In this document: piece after piece, positions 46,401-58,122 of the stretch
Position numbering within the stretch: position 1 is the first letter of the stretch
Layout of the letters: each line of letters opens with the position of its first letter
DNA from: Laetmonice hystrix
Lineage: Eukaryota
Length of the DNA: 64,000 nt
Assembly (NCBI GenBank): GCA_965235115.1
Contig: OZ249445.1
Coordinates: 4,216,001 to 4,280,000, forward strand
Direction: 5' to 3'
Notes under the pieces: model-generated
Databases searched by the model: none
The model's input: the letters and a program-made list of their open reading frames with translations, nothing else
What the model was told of the DNA's origin: nothing
Translations under genes and position numbers: made by a program

Positions 46401-49400
46401 TTTAGTGGACAGATGTCATCGAGGGTTATTCACAGGTACTTCACGGTGTGTATTTCTAGCATTACTGAAATATCAAAACTATTATGTACTGGTCTCCTGA
46501 TTCGTAAACTACCATCAATCAAGTTACACTCTAGTTGCACCATGATTAAAATGATTTTATACCACTAAACATTTACACCGCCAAACTATCGCTTACTGCG
46601 CATAAAGGTTGAAGAAGCTTTTCCTCAAGTTGGAGAACACAAGTTTTTAAGTACATGATAATGACCGTTTTTATTTCACATGGGTCCAGAACTAATGTAT
46701 ACAAAATGAGAGAGGGTGAACACTTCTTGGGGCTCAACGAGCCAAATCGTAACAGATGCTTTCAACTTAGAAACAGATTTTGACAATAATGTTTAGTTGG
46801 GTTAAAATGTATAAAACAAACGCCTTTTAGTTATAGGCATCAGGAATAAAGATCGCGTGTCTCATACCTAGCAGAATGTACCATAGTTAACTTTTAGACA
46901 ACAGACAAGTGCAAACTTTTAAGACAATACCACAACTTATTTGGTTAACAATCTCGGACCAATCCTTCATGTGACTGCAGACAATTACGAGCGACCTCTT
47001 TCTCCTTCCCCTGCAGGCCAAGTCCGTATTACTACACACACATCAGGCATTAGCACGTGCCAGATTGTTCACAGAGAACCATTCTGACATTCAGAGTTAC
47101 TGCTTCCTCAAACTCAATACCAGTATACCTTTCAGCTTCCTGAAGGTAGATTTTTACTGGCACTTTGATGTGGGGGCCAAACAATTCAATTTACAACTGT
47201 CACCTTGCGATTGCTTTACCTTACAGAGGAGAATTACATGTATCCAAAGGATACGCTAAAAATTCTCTTGAATGACACTGAAACTCTTTACATTGCCATT
47301 GGAAGATGTCACAATTCCTGAAAACCTGTGGCTGGTTATCCCATGGCCTTCTAATCGAGACGTACAGATAAAAATTGCTGCCTAAAAGACTTAACTCAAT
47401 CTCCAAATAAAACGTTCTCAAACATGCTGCAATTTCTTATGTGGCAGTTGACAAGTCAATTCAATCCATCTTGTCATTTCAATTTCCTTTAGGTAATCTT
47501 CTGATGCCTTATCCACAAAATCTAATCATAACGTCTCAAGATCTCTGCAACATTCTAGCTTACAACTTGTTTCGTAACCAAATAGACAAAGTGGAAAACT
47601 ACCCTACTGTGTACCGCTAGTCTCACGTTGCAGACAATACCTAAATGCAATGATGTCCCCACATTCTAGATCCTCTGTGTACAATATCAATGGAATAAGC
47701 CTTCTACCAGACTATACTGTGTGCATTTTGAACAGGATGATGGTAATTAAAATCTTACAATTCTAAGGGAAAGATACTATTCACCCCAGGAATTCAAGGT
47801 TACATTCCTAACTGCAAATGAGTCATGGTTCTTTGACCAATTGCCCACCTTGAACCAGACGTTCTGACTTGCAGTTCAATCAATCCCGATCGTACACCTG
47901 CAGTATTATGACAAGTTAAAAATGACACCTTAGGATATTTTACTAGGCTAACCGTCTTTGTTCTGTATCAGCAGATTTCAACATCGGTCAAGCAATGGCT
48001 GCAACCGCCACAGTAATTTTTGCTTACCATACTATTCAACATTGCAGAGAATACAATCAGTGGAGAACAGAACTGTGAACAGGCAAACGTGAACGGCACC
48101 CTGTGAATCTCTCCTAATAAACGTCTAGGTTTCCGTCAGATGGACCCTCTACTGTTAATCTGCTTCACTCATGGTTAGTCAAACATCAATCGGAAAGCCC
48201 TATCCAAAGATTTCTGATTACATGATTTGTAGATTAAATTAAGACATCTTTAACTTTTTGTTCCTTTTTATATTTTTGTGCAACAAATTCTAATGCTCAA
48301 TTTGAATAGGGCCCTTTACAAGTCATCTGAGTGCACCCACAAGGTTTTCTATTTCTTTCTGAGTGTGGGGCCAGTATGTAGACTAATAAAACATACACAG
48401 TTTAGAAGGTGGAATGTTACAACATTTTGATAGCCTACTTCTTTGAAATAAATGATCTTCACGGTGACACTTGTATTATGAACTTATTTTCTAACACTGA
48501 CAAAACCAAGGCTGCAGAGGATAAAGTCTAAAACACTTGGGAGTCACTTTTCTTCAGTTACGGTATTCAGCTTAAGTTGTCTAATCACATCCTGGCAGAA
48601 GAATGTGCTCTTCACATCTAGTGTTTCCTACAGAGATCCTTAGCACCTAAACATGGCCAGCTGGATTGCCAGATATATTTCCTTAATTTGAACTGTCTGT
48701 ACACATACAAAAGGGGGGGGATTGCCATTACATGCTTCTACAATATTAACATTGAATGACTTTTTTCAAGATCTTGTGTTAACTTCCAACGTCTTCCCAA
48801 GTCTTGTTCGGTACAATAGTACACTTGTAGAGAGTAATTCTTTAAACTGGCTGCATCTAGAAGGTCTCATTCAACGTCACCAGGAGTCTTTCTTTATGCA
48901 TTTCTTTTCCAGATTTGTCAAGTCATTCAACTGAAACCAAAAAGCATTACGACGATCATAAATAAGAGCATCTTGGAGCCACTACGAAGTGTTCATTTGT
49001 AGATGAGGTGGCGAACGTAGGGCCAGAGTGGAGCTAGAGCGAGCCGTAGACTTGGTACAAGAGCGGAGTTGCATGCTGAAATCTGTGTTGGGGTAAATCT
49101 GGCGTTATTTAATTCACATCATTGCCAACTGCAATCACACCTTCAGTCAGCACCGAGCTTTTACACCAAACTACACACAGAAGCTTTGTCCTCAAAATAT
49201 AGTTTTGTCAACTCACCTTCTCTCCCTAGAAGCGGAGCGACGACGATCTCTTGAGCCAGACCTTAAAAGGGAAAAAATCAAATATTTATCAATTTGCCTG
49301 AAATGATTCAGCAATAAATTGCCCAGCAATATTTTTTTTATGTCGGGACAGGTTTTTTTTTCTGGTGGCAAGTTGCAAAATTCTGCAATTACAGGACCTG

Positions 49401-52400
49401 ATAGACCTATTCCGACAAAATTGAGTAGGGATACACAATACGACCGATACCCAAATTACACCCTTTTTTCAAAAAATTTCTGAGGAAGGCCTCCCAGTAA
49501 GAGGGGAAATCCCCCTGTAGGAGGGAAACTTACCTACGCCCTGCGATGCATCACAATTACCTACCTAGCTCTACCTGACAATTACCCTCATGCTGAAATT
49601 TTCTTCTAGTTCTATCTAGGACATTGTCTGTATAAATATTATTATTGATTCACTCACCTGCTTCGGCTGCGGCTGTAGCTACGGCTGCTTCTTCCTCGTC
49701 CACGTGGCGAATACGACCTGCAAAAGGTTAGACACCATATCAGAGATGTTTGTGTTAGCTGGCGTGGCTGCTACTAGCTTTATGCCATTAAAAGGGTTGA
49801 AGGCGGGGGTTTGACCACATACAGGTAAACCAGATTTGCCAAATAATAAACACTTATGCTGCCTTATTAGGCATCCTCTCCACCGGCAAAAAATAACTGT
49901 ACATTACCAAAACTAAATAAAGAGGCAATATAAAACTACACAAACCCACAGACAGCCACATCAGGAAGAGGTTACGAGTAGTAAAGTGCTTGGTAAGTCA
50001 GGCATAACTAGCATAACGGACTGGGGTTGTCCACATGACAAGACACGATCTATTGGTGTCCTTGGGCTCTTAACAGGTACAGATAAGAAATCTAGCTAGC
50101 ATTTTACTTTTAACATTTTTCGATGGCCAGGGCTAAGTTAGGGGGGATAACCACCAATTTGTTGCCCTGTGACAGTCACCCAGCATGGGTTTTCCAAGCA
50201 GCATCCGAGGCCATTACCACTGGTCTATCATTCAACTTTGGGAGATATGTATATCAGCAACTGCAATCTTTCAGTTTAGACTGGGCTTGGGGGGCAGCAA
50301 TCGTCTCTATGGCGTTCAGTTTTATCATGCTATATATATAAAAGCCTTATTTAGCAACGGTGGGGCAGTCAGGTTTAAAGTACCAGACACTGCCTACAAT
50401 TTTTTTCAACATAATTTACATTTTCAGCTTTCACTCACAAACAAGTGTCTGCTTGTGATGTCTTTGCATCTTGAGAAAGAAGAGATGCTGAAATTTGCAC
50501 TTGTTTTGGCAAGAATTATTGTTAGAAAAGCTGCTTTTCTGGTCTCCTCATGGACAATCTGAATACAGAAAAAATTGTTAGCTCAGCCAAGTTTGTTCAC
50601 CAGGTTGAGAGGGGGCCCAAAGAGCAAGGGATTGGGATTTATATTTTGAAATGAGGTTAATGGAAGTGACAGAAATCCCACTTGTACGAAGCTGTCTACT
50701 GTGGAAAAAAATAAAATCGAATTTAAGGCCAAAAAAAAAATAGATTCGTTTCTTGTCCCCGCGCGCGTCACCTAAAAACCCCCGCGTCAAGTCTTTTTTT
50801 TTCAAATCCGACTGCTTCATATGGTGGGCAGTGTAGCACTGTGACAGAACGTTGCAACGGTTCTTTGGCGTTGGCGTTTTTCTGTTAGTCTTGTTGATTT
50901 TATGTGAGTTTTACACATTCTAAAACATTGAACATCATTGCATTAGCATTTTCTTCAAGATTTATGTACCCAACAGCAATTGCATTCGAAGAATCGGCCG
51001 TTGTCTAGTTGCATCCAAAAAAAAAAAAGAAAGATGAAAAAAAAAAAAAACCGCGTCACCGCACCAATTTTTTTATATGAAAGGACAAGAAACGAAACTT
51101 TTTTTGGGGGGGGGGCCTAATCGGTTCCAACTCCTAATATTTGAAGAGAAAACCCCCTGGAGGATTAATTTGGTTACTTGCCCCCAGCAGGGTCTCCAAT
51201 ATCCCTTAAATGCAAGAAAATTTACTTAGTTCTAAAGCAGACCCTGATCTATTTCCAATTTTCTCAGGCTATGACTATGAGGGCAAGCAAACACTTTGCA
51301 AGCTTCTATTGGTTGAGAGAGCAGAGATATGCTTTCAATACACTGTCAGGCATGAGAGTGACAACTGAAAAAAAAAATCTGAAAATTTCCGGGGCTATGG
51401 AAAATGGCGAGGCCCTTGGGATATTAAGGGGCAAAGCCCCTGTAAGCTGAGCAAACAAAATCAGGTACCTTAGAGTTTTCACAAAACAGTTTGCATCAAG
51501 ACTTTATGCCAGGATGATGCAATGTTGCAATGTTTGCTGACAAGTTTTGATGAATTCAAACAGGTTTTACCCTCCCCCCGCCCATCATAATGCATTTTGA
51601 GATCTCAACGGATTTGCATCGATCTCGATGACCACAAATTTGGATGTAAAAAAATCGGAATTCCGAGAATAATCAGAACACTCTCATGCCTGTACACTGT
51701 ACCTCTGCCACTTCACAAGCCACTGCCACTCCAGGATACTTTCCACACACAAGAATTGATATTTAAAGATTTTAAATCTAAATTTAGTGTCTGACATTTA
51801 CATGAGTGGACTGCCTGTTGTTGGAGGTCAGCACAAGTTGTTTCTAAATTATGAGGTCTACCAGGAAACCAGCTTTTCAATCTCACCAACCCTTGAAAGG
51901 GCCAACAAATAGTGCCAGTTGCAAGAGTAAGATCTTAAGGCCAGTGTGTCCAAATCACTTTTCAAACTGCCCTTTTCTTAAAAAAAAGAAAGCCCTTTTC
52001 CCTATCGTCCAGCATCGATAAATTTAAAAGAAAAAAAATACAGGAGGGACCAAAGAGGAAAAAAGAAATTTTGAATTTTGTTTGAAATGTTTGTGCCAAA
52101 GCTAACCTGGCTGACTCGAGCTTTTATTTATAACGGGCACACCTACTCTGTACCTGGCCGTAACTCGTGAAGAAACCATGACAGAGGAGGCCTGCCGCCG
52201 CCGGTCACCCACATGGTGGGAAAGCCCTTAGACTATTTCTTTGGCACAGCTGTAGAAGACTGACAGGATGTTATGCTGCCAAATTTGGAGCGACGATTGC
52301 AAAAGGGCAGGCAGCAGCCCAAGTTGCGACGAACGATTTGTTGCCGCGGCGGGGGTGCAGATCAGGTCTACGGAGGAGACGCAGACAGCTGGGCCGGGCC

Positions 52401-54470
52401 AACCTGTGCTGGTTGCGGCTGTGTGGCTGATTGTTGACCTTAGGTCATGCGACTGATGCTGCGGAGTGTATCTGTAGAGGCTGAAGCAGTTGGTGCCTGA
52501 GGCAGAGCTGATGATGATGTAGTAGTGGTGGGACAGTTGAGAGATTTGTTGTTGTGGATGGTGGTGGGCGACTGAAGGGCTGGCATGGCGGGAAGAAGTC
52601 ACATGATCGACACATGGTGGCCATGTGGACACATGGACGTACGCGGACGTTTGGAGTCTGCGTGCGATGCGCAGTGAGTAGAACCATAACGAGGCTGGGA
52701 GTTGGGATTCATGTCCTGTAAATTGGGCAGCCAACATGAACACACGTTAAACATCACTTGACAACTGTCAACAACGATGCTTGCTCAGACACTCTTAAAC
52801 TAGTTCAAGCTACACTGCCAAAAACAATATTTTTTTAACTTTTTTTTCCACTTATGAAATTTCATTTTACTTTACATACATTCTTTTCCAAAATTTCATT
52901 TAATCAAACAGATTCAGGTATATATTCCAATTGAAAATTTCCATTACTACCAGCCTCTGAAGGTTTGTTTAGAGCACGCTTCCAAAAGATAACCACCGTC
53001 GTAAGACAGGACATTATAGGGGATGGGGCTTAAAGGTTTTAGTTCTCTCTCCATCTTCATCTGAAAATTAACGCTCCTGTCAGCATTCAGCAAATACAAT
53101 TGTAAACCAGTTATCAATATATGGCATGGTGCTCTCCCTCTCACCGTTTTAGGTCCCTGTGTTATGAGCAAGGGTTTTGTGTTGGATAGGCAAATGGGAA
53201 ATAAAGACTTAGAACTGAGTGGAGAAAAGTTTCTCCCATGATCAACAAGGTCTGTTCTGTAGTAACATAAACCAAGTCAGAATTCTACCAAGCAGACACA
53301 ACAGGTTCATGTTTTGGTAGACATAAGTCATCACTTTTTCTTTCCCACATTAATTTCACAAAGCTTAAAAAAATTGTTTGTAGTAACCTGAAATAAAAAT
53401 GTTGAAGTTTGCATCATACAAACACCCACAGAACAGTCTGAGGTACAATTACTTTGTTCTGATGACTGCATACCCATACAGATCTGGTAAAACTGCACAT
53501 ATGCCATAGATTACTGGAATATTTCTGACATCAAGGGCAAAACAGCCGCCATCGTACAAGAAATCCATAACAAAAGTCAACCAACTTGACAAAACTGACT
53601 CATAAATTTACTGTCACAATCAGCATGGTAGTCATTCCTCTAACTTTCATCAAAGGTTGTTTAGTCAACTGAATGCTGCATAAATTGGCAGCTGGTACAT
53701 AAAACTAGCTAACACAAATATTTCCTTTGAAAAATACTGCATAAATCTCTGAACTAGTCATGGAGGAACCTTATTACAACTGCATCAATAATCAGGAAAA
53801 TCATTGTGAAAACCCATAATCAGCAGACATATCACTAACACTTCATCTTCAGTTGCAGCAGCTGGAAGTGAAGAAATGCAGCCTAGTAAAATAATGCGAG
53901 TCCTACCTAGAACGCCGACGATAGCGACTTGAGTTGTCACGTCCATAGTTGCTTCCATAGCGGGGCCCACTTGAGGGAAGTGGGCGCCGTCCGCCACGTC
54001 TTGAACGACCTGTTGACATCTCAACCCGCACACGTCGACCATTCAGTCGGCTGAAGGGGGGTTTATAAAATGAGAGAGATTTATCGGTAGGTATATTTAA
54101 GCGACACAGGGCATTCATCAGAAAAATCATACAAAATAAAAAAAGCTCTTTGAAAAAGTCAGACATAGGTACGGTATAGAAAATAACAGGTATAGAATTT
54201 AAATCCCATCTGTTTCAATTTACAGCCATGTTACACTTTCTATATTACAAAATACTTCATTAAAAGTTAGGCTTACCTTCCATCCAAAGCCCTAACTGCA
54301 TCCTCAGCATCCCGGGGGTCTTCAAACTCAACAAATGCAAATCCTGGTGGATTTCTTGCCACCCACACATTGCGAAGTGGCCCATACTTTGAGAAGACAT
54401 CTTCCAGCTCTTGTTTGGCTGCACCATAGCCTAGGTCACCTACATACACCTTGCAGTCCATGGCTGTCAT
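43469..54470 (-). CDS. SRSF3: SRSF3 (SRp20)/RBP1-like SR splicing factor, RRM + RS, no Zn knuckle; exons 54277..54470, 53907..54050, 49658..49717, 49217..49261, then 43469..43817 (about 263 aa) or 48982..49075 (about 178 aa)
   Basis: [13 protein letters not shown]...[43 protein letters not shown], followed by phase-2 RS exons. The RS-rich exon 43469..43817 (ttttacag|) is in frame, and no other RRM exon lies between 43.8 and 49 kb, so it is assigned to this gene. Confidence 0.88.
45948..46001 (-). other. Candidate 54-nt alternative exon of the SRSF3-like gene carrying a stop codon
   Basis: Strong pyrimidine tract ttttccctttccccctctgtctcatttgaag| and donor cac|gtaagt; phase-2 entry reads RTSTSKN-TGA. 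Confidence 0.45.
48982..49075 (-). other. Candidate proximal terminal exon of the SRSF3-like gene
   Basis: Acceptor gatttcag|; in frame it reads [34 protein letters not shown], a degenerate RS-like sequence. Confidence 0.4.
50727..51117. mobile_element. PIF/Harbinger-like MITE
   Basis: TAA|ggcc...ttcgtttcttgtcc on the left and ggacaagaaacgaa...ggcc|TAA on the right. Confidence 0.7.
52154..52814 (-). other. Candidate poison cassette exon of the SRSF3-like gene
   Basis: Acceptor ttgtttttggcag| at 52814 (alternatives at 52809 and 52715 also give immediate stops); TGA at 52805-52807; donor cag|gtacag at 52154; dense CAAC/CATC runs (caccaccatccacaacaacaaatctctcaac...acatcatcatc). Confidence 0.6.
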
Positions 54471-56689
54471 TGAATCGTTTGTTGTGTCCTCCAAAAGTAG
54501 AATCCACACTACACACAGAAACTCTGCCCAAGACCAGTCTGTTTTCTAAACCTCTTTGGCTACCTGCAAAATAAATGATACATGTGTTATTAAGTACCAG
54601 TGTGACGTATAGGTGGTCGGTTGACACCTGGCAGATAATTCTTTACCAAGTGAATCATGAATTTCACAAGTGAAACATTCTTCCACTAAAGGTACAATGG
54701 TAATAAATTATACACTGTGCACATACTGTACAAGACTCAAGGGGCAATGACTGTTTGGTTACTTGACATCATTATACGGTTACTTGACATCATTATACTT
54801 TTTTTTAACAAATGTAGAATGCCACCCTTCTCAACTAAGTTCTACATTCCCCATACATTTTTGTAGACACTGAGACTCCCCCTCTAGGCTACTTATGCTC
54901 AGCTATTTTGCTCAGTCTCACACCCAGCAATAATATCAATCATTTTTTTAACCATTACTGAAAAGTACAAATTTGATTTTGACCTAGGAGCCAGTAAGTG
55001 CCTCGTCTGTGAAATCTACTCGCCAGCTGACTCAGACGTTATTTTATCATTTGCAAACAGTTGCGAGTTGTTGCAAATATTTTTCAAGCCGTGATGCACT
55101 CAATGGGACAGTAGTTACACAAAAGTTGTAAAGGTCATAAATTAATGCAGACTTTGCTGCATGAAAAAATTCGCATGTCTGATCCTGCCTGCAGTCCTGC
55201 GTCCCAATCAAACGGTACAGTATGATCTGCTTGCTCTGCCTCTGTAACCACCCATAATAATAATAGCCCACACATTACAGACCTGTGCACATTGTATTCG
55301 CAAGCTTAGACTTAATCATTAAAGTTAGCCCTAGATATATAAAAATAGGCTAATATGTTGATGTAGTGTTGCAACTCTGTACATCGACTCGTACTGCCTC
55401 ATGATAGTAGTGTGCAGGGTCTAAGAATAAGAATTGGATTTTTAATTTTAGTGTAAGCAGACCCAGAGGTACCACTGCCACTGGTTCCAGGGCGTGGCCC
55501 TCTAAATCTAGGCACTTCATCTTGACCAGTGGGAGTTGTGGCCAAGGCACCATGGCCTCTTTCGACCACTCACACACTGCTGCTGACCTTGCGTTCCCTA
55601 CCCTCCCACCCACGCCACGACCCCAAGCGTGGCTTCTGCAACCCAAGCCAAACCACCACCACCACCAGCCAAGACACGCTACCAAAATGGCCGACGCTTT
55701 CTTTGTTTCCCATTCGCGAACACATTCGATAAGGTGGTTTTCCTTTTACTAATACATTAGTGAACAATTTCCAGCGACAAATTTTAGACCATAATAGTTG
55801 GTGAATGTGATTATCCACCAGTAGGGTCCGGCCATTGATTCTGCGGCGTCTCTCGGCATCCGTCGTCACCGGTACTCGCGGTACACGACGCCGCGCGATT
55901 TTACCGTGCGACAAATTCACTGCTTCCTCGTTCGAAGTAAGCACAATGGAAACAGCCTCTTACGATCATTTCATACGGCAGATTTGTCCAATAAACGCTG
56001 TATCAACTTAACACGATATTCATTTATATGCATATGGCCAACCAGTGCTAAAAATGTGGGAAAACTCACTCAAATTTCCGAACGTCCTGTCTGTTCTGCG
56101 CTGTTCGCTGGAAAGGACCCAACGTACCCGGATTTATGTATGATAAAGAAGAATCTACCATAGTCCATTCTGATTGGTCAATGGACAAGCGAATAGCATG
56201 AGGGGAAATATTGCGCTTTCACACATGAGACGGCAGCGAAAACTTTCCTAATGTAAGCTGACAAAACCACGAAACACATCAAGATTCCTTAAACAGTGTT
56301 TTTACGAACTCCCACTTAAAGAAAAGGCATAGGAACTCTCCATAATGACATTTATTCCAAAAACGCCGATGGCAGCTCTTGTTAAAATTTTATCCGCTCG
56401 TGGCAGCACATGACGCCGGTTCCAAAGCGCCCTCGGATCGACAGCCAATGGGCTCTAAGAATGCTTTTGGAGCATGTTCTTCTTTGTTTTACCGGTTAGG
56501 GTTTCTAGAGGAATCGAGGCACAGAAGTATAAAGTTTAAATCTTCCAAATCTTCAGTTGAAATGTTCAAACCCTTGAAAATCATGGCGAACTTGCTACAA
56601 TGTAGATCTTTACTTGGCACTGTGTGGTTCCTATTTTCTCCACTGGTGGCAGCACCGAATGGGCCGACATTCCGGCTGGTTCCCTGCCT

Positions 56690-56854
56690 CATATGGACGT
56701 AGTTACAATTTTGATCGCTGGTGGCAGCACCTGACGGTCGAATGACGGTCGAATGCGCCTGGTTCCCTGTCAAGAAACCGCTGACCAGGGAACCAGCCGC
56801 ATTCGACCGTCAGGTGCTGCCACCAGTGATCAAAATTGTAACTACGTCCATATG
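56690..56854. repeat. 165-bp near-perfect palindrome (about 69-bp arms, 16-nt loop)
   Basis: The arms differ by two substitutions plus an 11-nt duplication (gacggtcgaat) in the left arm. A partial direct copy lies at about 56640-56686. Confidence 0.9.
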
Positions 56855-58055
56855 CGACACAGCATGGCTATCGCCGGCGCGTCATAAATGAAAATTAGAA
56901 ACTTTTCAATGACTTTTGAGAACACGGTGAGAATACAATCTAGACAAGTATAGTATCACTATCATTCTCTTTCCCATAAAATGTCAGATTCATAACATAA
57001 TGATCTAGGTGGCTTTTCTGGGAGTCGCCTAGTTTTGCTGTTACGAGCGTAGTCCTAGGTTATGATTTTGTCCACTGGTGGCAAGCACCTAACGGCCCCT
57101 ATCAGTATCAATGCCACACCTTGACAATTTGAAGTGTTTGACGTTGTAGTGATTTGTAGGTGTCTGGATTTAGTTGGATTAAGCCTCGATTTTTACGCCT
57201 TTACAACCAGGGTCATATTGAGGCGGTCATTTTTATAGGCGACTAAAACGGAAGTAGGCCTAGGGCTAGACTAGAGTCGTCGAGATCTATCCAGGAGAAT
57301 CGACCGACCTGCGGCTGCAGACAGGTTAGTCCTTGCTTGTTGTAGCATAATGTACGTTAGGCTTTATACAGTTAGATTCGTGTCTGGAATGTTGTTTTGG
57401 GGGTTTCAATTTTCGCTTACAGCCTACCTACCTCAATGAGGCCTACTACTATGCACAGTACTAAATAGGCCTGCACTGTAAACTATTCTAGACTAGGGTC
57501 CCAGCATTTTTTTTGTTTCGTCCAATGCATTGGCATTGCCCCCCCCCCCCCCCGCGCCCCCCTCCCCCGGGTCCTAGAGCCTGCCACTCCATGGTCTCAT
57601 TTTTAGTTGAGTTGAGTTGGATTAGGCCAAGATGTTTACACCGTGACCCCAGCAACATCCAGGATCATAATGAGACAGTCAGTTTGCTTAGCCTAAAGCC
57701 TAGTAAAGGCCGCCGCACACGACGAACATTTGTGCGCGAACAATTGTTCCCGAACAAAAATCCGCTCGTGTGCGGTGATCAAAACGCCGAGCGAACAATT
57801 GTTCGTCAGTCTTAGGTGAGGGAAACCGGGAGGGTCCACCGACCTGCACACACAGCCTGGGTTGGTCCTTAGCTTAGGCTTAGATCTACACTGTCACTGT
57901 ACTACACTGCTACAGTTAGAATCTACCAAATGGATCCGTGAAGGTGTATGTAATGTTGGTTTGAGGGGTTTCAATTTACTATTTAGTTGAGCCGCTACCT
58001 AAATGAGGCCCCAGAGTCAAGAGGCCTGTCCATGCATGGTCCCTAAAATTCTCCA

Positions 58056-58122
58056 TGCTGCCATCTATCGTTTTGAGTTAGAACTCAATATTAGTTCAGA
58101 GCTAAAACGATAGATGGCAGCA
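58056..58122. repeat. 67-bp inverted repeat / hairpin
   Basis: tgctgccatctatcgtttt ... aaaacgatagatggcagca, perfect 19-bp outer arms. Confidence 0.8.

Noticed and set aside
43900-48900. A fourth SR gene owning the RS exon at 43469..43817
   Set aside because: No RRM-coding exon (NPPGFAF-type) in either strand of this interval, so the exon is assigned to the SRSF3-like gene.
56640-56730. CTCF sites in the 165-bp palindrome (CACTGGTGGCAGCA)
   Set aside because: Only the 3' half matches; the conserved CC..C.AG positions do not align.
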